A stretch of 64,000 nt of DNA from Flavobacteriaceae bacterium (GCA_024763365.1 JANTFO010000001.1:14241-78240); one strand, 5' to 3'; positions 35,727 to 45,157 are shown, counted from the stretch's first letter. The notes: generated by a model from the sequence alone, not told the origin. Program-made: numbers and translations.

Positions 35727-37106
35727 TCATCCCCACAACAAATCCGGATTATATCCCAGATATTTGGTTCTTTCTTCTTTAAATAGAATGCCATATTTAC
35801 TAAGTTCTTCCAGAATAGGCTCGTACACTTCCTTTTTGATAGGGATTTGTACACCCGGTGTAGTGATTTCTTTGTTAAGAATTTTCAAGCTGACAATAGC
35901 TACCGGTAAACCAACTGTTTTGGCCATAGCCGTATATTTTTGATCATCACCTATGACAACCATGTGGCTTTCGATTTGCTTTTTCTCCCCATTGAGTTCG
36001 TAGCCAAATATGTGTAACATTACGATCATGTCTTTATCTTCAGGCTGTAACATCCATTTATCCATCAAGATTTTTTGTAAAGCTTGTGCAGGAGTAGCAT
36101 TTTTAAGGCCAATTTTTTTATGGGGATTACAAAGTTCTAGCTCTGTAATTTTTTCCCATAAAATATCATCCTGTTCTATATGTAAGTAATTGCGTAGTTT
36201 CAATTCTACTGTGTCGTGTGGACGATAAGGTAAGAAGGAATTAGTAAACTCACGATAGCTCATTTCTTCAGTGTTTTCCATTTCATAAGAATCATCGGTC
36301 ATGCCAAGTTGCACAAAGATATTCCAAGCTCTGGAAAATCCAATCCTTCTGATAGTACCTCTATATAAGGTTAAGACATTTTTCAATCCATAAGCTTCGC
36401 GGTATTTGAGTGAATCTCGGTTGGCATAAGCCTCAAAATTTCCGTATTCACCGATTTTTAAAATTTCACTTCGTCTAAAGAGTTTTTGATAGGGGATATA
36501 CTTGTACTTTCCTTCTTGTATGAATTTGGCTACACCACCTTGACCGGCCACGACAACATTTCGGGGATTCCATGTAAACTTATAATTCCATTTATTAGTA
36601 TCACTTTCCGGGGCTACCAAACCTCCGGTAAATGATTCGAAAAGTAACATCTTACCCCCTTTATCTCTTATTCTATCTAAAACTTGCATAGCGCTCATAT
36701 GGTCAATACCCGGGTCTAAACCTATTTCATTCATCCAGACCAAACCTTTGGCTTTAACTTCATCATCAAGGGCTTTTAGTTCCGGCGAAATATAAGAAGC
36801 GGTGACCATATGTTTCCCATATTTCAAGCAATCCTTTGCTACTTCCATGTGGAATCGTGCAGGCAACATCGAAATGACCAAATCGGAGTCCTTAATTAGT
36901 TTACTTCTCTTACTTTCTTCGAAAATGTCAAAAATTTCAATTTTGATATTTTGGAGATCGCCGGCTAATTTTTGAGCGGCTTCCAGGTCAATATCGGCAA
37001 GTATGATTTGTAGGTTTTCTTTAGTGGATTTATCTGATAGATATTTGATCAAGGAGGAGGCAGAACGCCCGGCTCCTATGATGAGAACCTTTCTTTTTGT
37101 AGACAT
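35727..37106 (-). CDS. saccharopine dehydrogenase family protein
   Basis: 459 aa with an N-terminal Rossmann motif (VLIIGAGRSA) and the saccharopine dehydrogenase C-terminal domain pattern. Confidence 0.8.
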   Translation of the reverse strand: MSTKRKVLIIGAGRSASSLIKYLSDKSTKENLQIILADIDLEAAQKLAGDLQNIKIEIFDIFEESKRSKLIKDSDLVISMLPARFHMEVAKDCLKYGKHMVTASYISPELKALDDEVKAKGLVWMNEIGLDPGIDHMSAMQVLDRIRDKGGKMLLFESFTGGLVAPESDTNKWNYKFTWNPRNVVVAGQGGVAKFIQEGKYKYIPYQKLFRRSEILKIGEYGNFEAYANRDSLKYREAYGLKNVLTLYRGTIRRIGFSRAWNIFVQLGMTDDSYEMENTEEMSYREFTNSFLPYRPHDTVELKLRNYLHIEQDDILWEKITELELCNPHKKIGLKNATPAQALQKILMDKWMLQPEDKDMIVMLHIFGYELNGEKKQIESHMVVIGDDQKYTAMAKTVGLPVAIVSLKILNKEITTPGVQIPIKKEVYEPILEELSKYGILFKEERTKYLGYNPDLLWG

Positions 37107-37247
37107 AAATAATAGGTGTTTTTATAAAAGAGCGAATTTATAAAATGTACCTTATATAAACTATGAAAAAGTAAAAAAATAATTAGAATATTAAATCAAA
37201 ATAGTTAGGAATTACTTTCAAGAATTTACACAGATTAGGCTAATTAA

Positions 37248-37296
37248 GTTAAAAGTTGAAAGTTAAAAGTTAAAAGTAGAAAGTAGCAGTTATTAG
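37248..37296. repeat. phased heptamer array (gttaaaa family)
   Basis: gttaaaa gttgaaa gttaaaa gttaaaa gtagaaa gtagcag ttattag. The same words recur at 59003-59020, and the gtagcagtt word recurs at 43021-43029. Confidence 0.9.
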
Positions 37297-37334
37297 TGGA
37301 ATTGGTATAATTAGCGAAAAAAAAACTTGATAGA

Positions 37335-37363
37335 CAAAAAAAGACCGAATTTTTTCGGTCTTT
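37335..37363 (-). terminator. Rho-independent terminator after the DUF1573 gene
   Basis: Stem aagaccgaa / ttcggtctt around a 4-nt loop. On the minus strand it is followed by a T-run. Confidence 0.65.
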
Positions 37364-37388
37364 AGTGTGTATAATGTGTTGAGAGGTT

Positions 37389-37829
37389 TTACATCTCCAT
37401 CATATTTTTTTCTTTTTTGATGGTACCGCCGGGAAGATTAGCATCTACCACTTCACCTTTGATACGTAAAACACTTCTTTCTGGATCAGTATTGGTAAAG
37501 ATAGAAACAGATTTACTAAACCTACCGGGGCGGTTGGTATTATATTTTACTGTAACAGAAGCAGACTCTCCTGGCATGATGTTTTGCTTTGGATAAGTAG
37601 GGATGGTACATCCACAAGAAGACTTAACACTGGTGATTTTAAGAGGTTTGTCACCTGTATTAGTGAATTTAAACTCTTTAGTCCCATCAGAACCTTTTTC
37701 AATGACGCCATAGTCTATACTGTAAGTGTCAAATTCAATACTGGTGAGTTCCATGGTTTCTGTTTCTTGTGCATAAAAATTAAAACCTATAAAAGTTAGC
37801 AAAAAACTTAAAAATATTAGTCGTCTCAT
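37389..37829 (-). CDS. DUF1573 domain-containing protein
   Basis: 146 aa with a signal peptide and the DUF1573 hallmarks FKFTNTGDKPLKI...SCGCTIP. Confidence 0.8.
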   Translation of the reverse strand: MRRLIFLSFLLTFIGFNFYAQETETMELTSIEFDTYSIDYGVIEKGSDGTKEFKFTNTGDKPLKITSVKSSCGCTIPTYPKQNIMPGESASVTVKYNTNRPGRFSKSVSIFTNTDPERSVLRIKGEVVDANLPGGTIKKEKNMMEM

Positions 37830-37909
37830 AATTAAAAATTTTGGTAAAATTAGCTATTTATTTCTTTAATAAAAGATTTTTAATGGTTTTTCTAGTTACT
37901 TTATTATTG

Positions 37910-37917
37910 TATTTTTG
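37910..37917 (+). promoter_or_regulatory. candidate -7 box (TAttTTTG) upstream of valS
   Basis: tatttttg lies 106 nt upstream of the ATG at 38023. Confidence 0.25.
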
Positions 37918-38022
37918 TCAACTGTGTATTTCAAAAACTATACCATAGCCTTTAAAAGCTGCTAGAATAAGTGCTTGAAAGCCAGTTTAGAGGATATTTG
38001 TCCAACTAATTCCGCATTAAAG

Positions 38023-40677
38023 ATGAAGTACAATCATGTCGACATAGAGAATAAATGGTATGATTACTGGATGAAAAACGGCTATTTTCATTCAGTTCCC
38101 GACGATAGAGACCCTTACACGATCGTAATACCACCACCCAATGTAACCGGTGTGTTACACATGGGGCATATGCTCAACAATACTATTCAGGACGTATTGA
38201 TCAGGCGAGCTAGGCTCAAAGGTTACAATGCCTGTTGGGTGCCGGGGACTGATCATGCTTCTATAGCAACAGAGGCTAAAGTGGTGGCTAAGCTGGCTAA
38301 TGAAGGTATTAAAAAGTCGGAGTTAACAAGAAGTGAATTTTTGGAGCATGCCTGGGAATGGACACATAAACACGGCGGGATTATTTTAGAGCAGTTAAAG
38401 AAGTTAGGTGCTTCCTGTGATTGGGATCGTACGAAGTTTACCATGGATGCTGATTTGAGTGAGTCTGTAATCAAGGTTTTTGTTGACTTATACAATGAAG
38501 GTTTGATTTACAGAGGTTACAGAATGGTCAACTGGGATCCCGAAGCCAAAACAACTTTAAGTGATGAGGAAGTTGAATATGTGGAAAAAAACGGGAAATT
38601 GTATTATATCAATTACCTGATTGAAAATTCAGATGAATTTGTGACCATTGCAACGACTAGACCCGAAACTATCTTGGGTGATACCGCATTATGTGTAAAT
38701 CCAAATGATGACAGATTTCTATCTTTAAAAGGTAAAAATGTAGTTGTGCCGATTGCGGAAAGAGTGATTCCCATAATATTTGATGAATATGTCGATATGG
38801 AGTTTGGTACAGGTTGCTTAAAAATTACCCCTGCACACGATCCTAACGATAAAGAAATAGGTGAGAAGCACCAATTGGACGTCATTGATATATTCAACGA
38901 TGATGCTACTTTAAATTCTTATGGTTTACACTATGAAGGGATGGATCGATTTGAAGTTCGAACAAAAATCGTTAAAGAGTTAGAAGAGAAAAAATATTTA
39001 AACAAAGTAGAAGATTATACTAATAAAGTAGGGATATCCGAACGCACCAAAGCGGTGATAGAACCCAAAGTTTCTGTACAGTGGTTTCTAAAAATGGAGG
39101 AGATGGTGAAACCGGCCATTGAAGCTGTTGAGAATGGTGAAGTTTCGTTTTTCCCTAAACATTACATCAGTACCTATAAACATTGGTTAGAAAATATCAA
39201 GGATTGGAATATTTCACGACAATTGTGGTGGGGACATCAAATCCCTGCCTTTTATTACGGTGATGGCATTCAGGATTTTGTGGTAGCTGAAACTAAAGAG
39301 GAAGCCTTTGAATTGGCTAAACAAAAAGTAGCTGACACTTCGACCCTGCCTGCCGACAAAGCAGGTGGAGTCAAGAAGTCTTTTTCTATAGATGACTTAA
39401 AACAAGATAATGATGCTCTTGATACCTGGTTTTCATCTTGGTTATGGCCTATTTCCGTTTTCGATGGCATTAGATATCCTGATAATAAGGACATTACTTA
39501 TTATTATCCGACAAAAGATTTAGTAACAGCTCCCGATATTATTTTCTTTTGGGTAGCACGTATGATCTTTGCCGGTTATAAATTCCGTGGTGAAAAACCT
39601 TTTTCCAATGTGTATTTTACCGGTATTGTGAGAGACCATTTAAGAAGAAAGATGTCAAAACAATTAGGTAATTCACCCGACCCATTGGAATTAATGAAAG
39701 AGCACGGAGCCGATGGGGTACGTTGTGGTTTGCTGTTGTCTTCAGCTGCAGGTAATGATCTGTTGTATGAGGAAGAGTTAATTCATCAGGGTAAAGCATT
39801 TGCCAATAAAATTTGGAATGGTTACCGATTGGTTTCTTCTTGGGAAGTAGACGAAAAATTAAACCAGCCGGAAGCCGCAAAAATGGCTGTTAAATGGTAT
39901 GAAAATTTATATCAACAAGCCTTTGCTGAAGTTGAAAATTCCTTCAAAGATTATCGTCTTAGTGAAGCATTGATGCGGATTTATAAATTGCTTTGGGATG
40001 ACTATTCATCTTGGTATTTGGAGATGGTAAAACCTGTTTATGGGGAAAAAATGGATAAAGTAACCAAGGAAGCTAGTATCCGTTTTTTTGAAAACAATAT
40101 GAAACTGTTACACCCCTTTATGCCTTTCATTACCGAAGAGATTTGGCAAAAAATAGAGGATAGAAAAGCTGAAGAAGCATTGATTGTATCTCAGTATCCT
40201 GAGCAGCAAGATTATGACAATCAGTTGATAAAAAGCTTTGAGATAGTCAAAGAGGTTATCTCCGGATTACGTGCGGCTAGAAAAGAACACAATATTCCTT
40301 TTAAAGATGAAATTGCTTGTTCGGTGATGAACAATGAATCCTTTACTGCTGATTTTGATGCAGTCATTTGTAAAATGGGAAATATTTCGAACTTAGAATA
40401 CGTATCAGAAAAAGTACCTCAAACCGTAAGTTTTCGGGTAAAATCTAATGAATACTTTATCCCGTTAGACACAAATATTGACGTAGAAGCCGAACGTGCT
40501 AAGATGACTGAAGAGCTCCATTATATGGAAGGATTCTTAAAATCAGTTCAAAAAAAGTTATCCAATCAGGGGTTTGTTAATAATGCCCCGGAAACGGTAG
40601 TTTCCAGCGAGCGTAAAAAAGAGGCTGATGCAATAGCTAAGATCAAAGTATTGAAAGAACGCCTTCAGGTATTATAA
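38023..40677 (+). CDS. valS: valine--tRNA ligase
   Basis: About 884 aa from the ATG at 38023, with the HIGH motif (PPPNVTGVLHMGH), the KMSKQ motif and a C-terminal coiled coil. Confidence 0.95.
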   Translation: MKYNHVDIENKWYDYWMKNGYFHSVPDDRDPYTIVIPPPNVTGVLHMGHMLNNTIQDVLIRRARLKGYNACWVPGTDHASIATEAKVVAKLANEGIKKSELTRSEFLEHAWEWTHKHGGIILEQLKKLGASCDWDRTKFTMDADLSESVIKVFVDLYNEGLIYRGYRMVNWDPEAKTTLSDEEVEYVEKNGKLYYINYLIENSDEFVTIATTRPETILGDTALCVNPNDDRFLSLKGKNVVVPIAERVIPIIFDEYVDMEFGTGCLKITPAHDPNDKEIGEKHQLDVIDIFNDDATLNSYGLHYEGMDRFEVRTKIVKELEEKKYLNKVEDYTNKVGISERTKAVIEPKVSVQWFLKMEEMVKPAIEAVENGEVSFFPKHYISTYKHWLENIKDWNISRQLWWGHQIPAFYYGDGIQDFVVAETKEEAFELAKQKVADTSTLPADKAGGVKKSFSIDDLKQDNDALDTWFSSWLWPISVFDGIRYPDNKDITYYYPTKDLVTAPDIIFFWVARMIFAGYKFRGEKPFSNVYFTGIVRDHLRRKMSKQLGNSPDPLELMKEHGADGVRCGLLLSSAAGNDLLYEEELIHQGKAFANKIWNGYRLVSSWEVDEKLNQPEAAKMAVKWYENLYQQAFAEVENSFKDYRLSEALMRIYKLLWDDYSSWYLEMVKPVYGEKMDKVTKEASIRFFENNMKLLHPFMPFITEEIWQKIEDRKAEEALIVSQYPEQQDYDNQLIKSFEIVKEVISGLRAARKEHNIPFKDEIACSVMNNESFTADFDAVICKMGNISNLEYVSEKVPQTVSFRVKSNEYFIPLDTNIDVEAERAKMTEELHYMEGFLKSVQKKLSNQGFVNNAPETVVSSERKKEADAIAKIKVLKERLQVL

Positions 40678-40756
40678 TTTTTTTGCTTTTATTTTAGTTT
40701 AATTTAATAACTATCAGTATTTTTAATGTTTCAAATATTGGCTGGCGTGTTTTTTG

Positions 40757-40777
40757 ATCTATTCAATTTGAATAGAT
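40757..40777. promoter_or_regulatory. perfect 21-nt palindrome upstream of the LolA-like/ABC cluster
   Basis: atctattcaa t ttgaatagat has 10-bp arms and one central nt. It lies 108 nt upstream of the ATG at 40885. Confidence 0.3.
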
Positions 40778-40884
40778 TATAATTTTAACATAAAGTAGTA
40801 GCCATGCAATTAAGCATTAAACCAATCAATAATGATTAAACGCTTATTGCATCTGTTATATAATTGAAACATAAATACAAACGG

Positions 40885-41631
40885 ATGAAAAGAATTTTCT
40901 TTTTAGCTTTAATCAGCTTGTTTTTAACACCTATAGTATTTGCTCAAACCGCCGATGAGATCATCAGAAGAGCTGACCAAAAATTCAGGGGAAAAACCTC
41001 TTATTCGGAAATGACGATTGACATCATTAGGCCCAAATGGAGTAAACAGATGAAAATGAAAGGCTGGACTAAAGGAGATGATTATTCAGTATCGGTTATT
41101 ACGGCTCCTGCCAAAGAGAAAGGGACTGTTTTTTTGATGCGCGAAAAGGAAGTGTGGAACTATATGCCCAGTATAAACCGCTCCATAAAGTTTCCGCCTT
41201 CTATGATGTTGCAAAACTGGATGGGTACAGATTTAACCAACGATGATTTGGTCAAACAGTCCTCAATTGCGGATGATTATACACATAAGATGTTAGCGGA
41301 TGAAAAGAAAGAAGGTTTGACTTGCTGGAAAATTGAACTGACACCTAAAGAAGATGCGGCCGTAGTATGGGGAAAAGTAGTTATTTGGATCGATAAAGCT
41401 GACTACATGATGATGCAAACCGATTATTATGATGAAGATGATTATTTGGTCAACCAGATGATAGGTAGTGACGTTAAGACCTTTGATGGGAATAAATTAC
41501 CTTCTAAATACAGGGTAATCCCAATTGAAAAAGAAGGGCAAGAAACAGTCTTAACTTATGATGTATTGGTTTTTAACATTACCATTCCTGATGTGTATTT
41601 TACAACCAATTACATGAAACGGATTAAATAA
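40885..41631 (+). CDS. outer membrane lipoprotein-sorting (LolA-like) protein
   Basis: About 248 aa with a signal peptide from the ATG at 40885. The sequence resembles the LolA_like family, which is usually encoded next to FtsX-type or RND exporters. Confidence 0.65.
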   Translation: MKRIFFLALISLFLTPIVFAQTADEIIRRADQKFRGKTSYSEMTIDIIRPKWSKQMKMKGWTKGDDYSVSVITAPAKEKGTVFLMREKEVWNYMPSINRSIKFPPSMMLQNWMGTDLTNDDLVKQSSIADDYTHKMLADEKKEGLTCWKIELTPKEDAAVVWGKVVIWIDKADYMMMQTDYYDEDDYLVNQMIGSDVKTFDGNKLPSKYRVIPIEKEGQETVLTYDVLVFNITIPDVYFTTNYMKRIK

Positions 41632-41729
41632 CAAATAACAAATTCCAAATCACAAATCACAAATCCAAAGACTAACCACTAACGACTAACGACTAACGAC
41701 TAACGACCAACGACTAATTACTAATCAAC
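41632..41729. repeat. 98-nt spacer composed of exactly 14 phased heptamers
   Basis: caaataa caaattc caaatca caaatca caaatcc aaagact aaccact aacgact aacgact aacgact aacgacc aacgact aattact aatcaac. It fills the whole gap from the stop codon to the ATG at 41730. Confidence 0.95.
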
Positions 41730-42956
41730 ATGTTATTCAAGCTTGCTTGGCGAAATATATGGCGAAATAAACGTAGAAGCTTCATTACAATGGCTTCTAT
41801 CTTTTTTGCGGTCTTGTTTTCAATCTTTATGAATTCTTTTCAAAAAGGGGCCTGGGTGCGCATGTTAGACAATATCGTCAATTATTATTATGGCTATGCC
41901 CAAATTCACCAAAAAGGCTATTGGGATGACCGTACCATAGATGAGTCTATGGAATATACTGAAGCTTTGCAAAATCTTCCAGATCAAGTAGATGGTATTC
42001 ATTCTCTGGTCCCCAGGTTAGAAACTTTTAGTTTGCTAAGTTCCGGAGAGCATACTAATGCGACTATGATCATAGGTACGGATCCGGAATCGGAAAAAGC
42101 CATGACTAAGCTTGATGAAAAATTAACAGAAGGGCTCTATTTTACTAAAAATGAAAAAGCTTTGCTGGTGGCAGAAGGTGTCAAAGACTTATTGAAAGTA
42201 CAATTGGGTGATACATTGATTGTAATGACGCAAGGATATCACGGAATTCAGGCAGCTGGTAAATATCCTATTAAAGGATTTGTCCGTTTTGCCTCCCCTG
42301 ATCTTAATAAATCTATGGTGTATTTGCCCTTAGTAGAAGCACAGTCTTTATTAGGTGCAGAAAACCGATTGACTTCTCTTGCTGTTAATTTGGAGAATCG
42401 TGATGACTTAACGGAGGTTATACAGGTACTGAAAAATACACTAGATACGGAGACCTATGAGATCATGGATTGGAAATCTTTAATTCCTGATCTAGTGGAA
42501 GCACAAAAAGCTGATGCTGCTGGTAATTATATATTTTTATTTGTCTTGTATTTAATCATTTCTTTCGGGATATTTGGTACCATTTTGATGATGACCAAAG
42601 AACGCTCCTATGAATTTGGTGTTTTATTATCTGTGGGCATGAGCCGGGCAAAATTGGCTTTAACTACCTGGTTGGAGATCATCAGTATGGCCTTAATCGG
42701 CGCGTTGATCGGTATGCTTGGTGCTTTGCCCTTGATTATCCATTTTAACAGAAACCCAATCGATTTTTCAAAGTATGGTGAGGACATGTCAAGCACCTAC
42801 GAAAAATGGGGATTTGATCCCATTTTTCCAACTGTTTTAGAGGGGCAACTATTCTACTCCCAAGCGCTTTTAGTGTTTTTAATAAGCTCGATATTAGCCA
42901 CCTACGCTATCTGGATAATTTATAGATTAAAACCGGTTAAAGCAATGAGAGAATAA
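41730..42956 (+). CDS. ABC transporter permease, FtsX/MacB-like
   Basis: 408 aa starting ...AWRNIWRNKRRSF..., with a large periplasmic loop and a C-terminal FtsX 3-TM bundle. Confidence 0.85.
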   Translation: MLFKLAWRNIWRNKRRSFITMASIFFAVLFSIFMNSFQKGAWVRMLDNIVNYYYGYAQIHQKGYWDDRTIDESMEYTEALQNLPDQVDGIHSLVPRLETFSLLSSGEHTNATMIIGTDPESEKAMTKLDEKLTEGLYFTKNEKALLVAEGVKDLLKVQLGDTLIVMTQGYHGIQAAGKYPIKGFVRFASPDLNKSMVYLPLVEAQSLLGAENRLTSLAVNLENRDDLTEVIQVLKNTLDTETYEIMDWKSLIPDLVEAQKADAAGNYIFLFVLYLIISFGIFGTILMMTKERSYEFGVLLSVGMSRAKLALTTWLEIISMALIGALIGMLGALPLIIHFNRNPIDFSKYGEDMSSTYEKWGFDPIFPTVLEGQLFYSQALLVFLISSILATYAIWIIYRLKPVKAMRE

Positions 42957-43083
42957 AATATAATTTACAAATATCAAATAACAAAAACCAAAACAAAGAA
43001 TACAAGAGTAAGCAGTAGACAGTAGCAGTTGGCAACCCTATTAACCAATAACTTTTAACTAATTAACTTTTTTAACCAATAAT
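42957..43083. repeat. 127-nt spacer with approximately 7-nt phased words
   Basis: caaatat caaataa caaaaac caaaaca ... gtaagca gtagaca gtagcag ... aaccaataactttt aactaattaactttttt aaccaataat, ending at the ATG at 43084. Confidence 0.75.
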
Positions 43084-44367
43084 ATGTTACTTAAGATCGC
43101 TTGGCGGAATATTTGGCGAAACAAGACCCGGAGTTTTGTAGTGATGGGGGCTGTTATTGTGGGGATATGGTCTATCATTTTTTTAGTGGGAATGGTCAAT
43201 GGTATGATCGAAAGTTATGTGGACAAAGCCATTAAAAATGAAGTGTCTCATATAAAGATAAACCAACCTGATTATATTAAGAATAGTGAAGTGAAGTACT
43301 ATCTTGAGGAGGCTACCAAAAAAGTTAAACTTATTAATACTATAAGCGAAGTCAAAGCAGCTTCCGCTAAAACAAAATTTAATGCTATGTTGAGTTCCAG
43401 CCACTCAAGTAGAGGCATTAGTGTAGTGGGGGTTAATCCCACACAGGAGGAAAAGGTGTCGGGGGTACACGAGTATATGAAAGAGGGTGCATATCTAAAA
43501 GAGGATGATAAAAATAAAATAATCATCAGTGCTCGCACAGCAGAAAAACTTAAAGTTAAAATTAGATCTAAAGTAGTACTCACTTTTCAGGACCTGGAGA
43601 ATGAGATCACAATGGGCGCCTTTAGGATTGTGGGTATATTTGATACGGGCAACAATCCCTATGATGAATCGGTTGTATTTGTACGTTCAGTAGATGTTAA
43701 TCGTATATTGGGAACAAATGATATCGCTCATGAAATAGCCATTCTGATAAATAATATAGATGATATCAATACTACTCAACATAAGATTAAGCAATTATTT
43801 CCTGATCTGTTGGTTAGAAATTATAAAGAAGTACAACCAGAGTTGGCTCTTTTCCAACAACAAATAAAGATGTCCGGTGTGATCTACATGATCATTTTTA
43901 TGCTGGCATTGGTATTTGGTATTATCAATACGATGATGATGGCTGTTTTGGAAAGGATTAAGGAACTTGGTATGTTGATGGCCGTCGGCATGAACAGGTT
44001 TAAAGTGTTTTTTATGATTGTTCTTGAAACCTTATTGTTGGCGCTAATAGCTGCTCCGATAGGATTAGTTTTTGGTTACTTAACCACAATTTACTATCAT
44101 AAAAATGGCTTAAATCTGTTTTTTTATTCAAAACAAGGCATGAGCCAGTTTGGCTTTGACAACATTATTTATACAAGTGTTCCGAAGGAAATATATTTGC
44201 AATTAGTCATTGCAATCACTTTGACTGCATTGTTAGGTTCGCTTTACCCTGCCTGGAAAGCCATCCGCTTACGGCCGGTAGATGCGATAAGAGGAAGTCT
44301 AAGCGTAAATTCAAAGTTTTCACTAAGGAGGCTTTTACGATTAAAAGGAAAAAAAGTAAATAACTAA
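43084..44367 (+). CDS. ABC transporter permease, FtsX/MacB-like (second paralogue)
   Basis: 427 aa with the same N-terminal AWRNIWRNKTRSF signature and a C-terminal FtsX domain. Confidence 0.85.
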   Translation: MLLKIAWRNIWRNKTRSFVVMGAVIVGIWSIIFLVGMVNGMIESYVDKAIKNEVSHIKINQPDYIKNSEVKYYLEEATKKVKLINTISEVKAASAKTKFNAMLSSSHSSRGISVVGVNPTQEEKVSGVHEYMKEGAYLKEDDKNKIIISARTAEKLKVKIRSKVVLTFQDLENEITMGAFRIVGIFDTGNNPYDESVVFVRSVDVNRILGTNDIAHEIAILINNIDDINTTQHKIKQLFPDLLVRNYKEVQPELALFQQQIKMSGVIYMIIFMLALVFGIINTMMMAVLERIKELGMLMAVGMNRFKVFFMIVLETLLLALIAAPIGLVFGYLTTIYYHKNGLNLFFYSKQGMSQFGFDNIIYTSVPKEIYLQLVIAITLTALLGSLYPAWKAIRLRPVDAIRGSLSVNSKFSLRRLLRLKGKKVNN

Positions 44368-44379
44368 ACGTGTTATATC

Positions 44380-45066
44380 ATGGCACTAATTACTGCAAAA
44401 GAAGTTACCAAAACATACAACCCAGACAAAATACCTGTTGAAGCTTTAAGAGGTGTCAATCTGGAAATTAAAGAAGGTGAATTTACGGCAATCGTAGGTC
44501 CTTCGGGTTCCGGGAAAACCACTTTGCTCAATATCATTGGAGGATTAGACAGGCAAACCTCAGGTGAAATGCTGGTTGATGGCATTGATATTACTGCTTT
44601 GTCCGATAATAAATTAATTGATTTTAGAAAGAATAAAATCGGGTTTGTTTTTCAATCCTACAATCTTATCCCAGTATTTACAGCTGCTGAAAACATAGGA
44701 TTTATCATGTTGCTTCAAAAAAAACCTCAGTCAGAAATTGAGGAGCGTGTTAATGCCTTACTAAAAGCTGTGGGCATAGAAGCCCAAAAAGATAAACGCC
44801 CCAATCAGATGAGTGGAGGTCAACAGCAACGAGTAGCTGTAGCGAGGGCATTGGCTTCCAAACCTAAATTTGTATTAGCTGATGAACCTACGGCCAACCT
44901 GGATTCTAAATCAACAACAGATTTACTGGATATCATGGAAAGGCTAAATCAGGAAGAAGGCATGACCTTTGTTTTTTCTACCCATGACCAACGGGTTATT
45001 GACAGGGCGCATAGAGTGGTCACTCTGGAGGATGGGAGGATTATTAAGGATACAATGATAGAATGA
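44380..45066 (+). CDS. ABC transporter ATP-binding protein (LolD/MacB ATPase-like)
   Basis: Walker A GPSGSGKTT, signature MSGGQQQRVAVARAL and Walker B FVLADEPT. Confidence 0.95.
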   Translation: MALITAKEVTKTYNPDKIPVEALRGVNLEIKEGEFTAIVGPSGSGKTTLLNIIGGLDRQTSGEMLVDGIDITALSDNKLIDFRKNKIGFVFQSYNLIPVFTAAENIGFIMLLQKKPQSEIEERVNALLKAVGIEAQKDKRPNQMSGGQQQRVAVARALASKPKFVLADEPTANLDSKSTTDLLDIMERLNQEEGMTFVFSTHDQRVIDRAHRVVTLEDGRIIKDTMIE

Positions 45067-45157
45067 TAGAATGAGATAATGATAAAATGAGATTATTAGC
45101 GAATTAGCAAATGTGAAAATGTGTCAATGTGATAATGTGTCAATTTGAATATTTAAT
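45054..45157. repeat. array of 13 phased octamers (aatgaNNN / aatgtNNN) starting inside the last codons of the ATPase gene
   Basis: aatgatag aatgatag aatgagat aatgataa aatgagat tattagcg aattagca aatgtgaa aatgtgtc aatgtgat aatgtgtc aatttgaa tatttaat. Confidence 0.9.
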
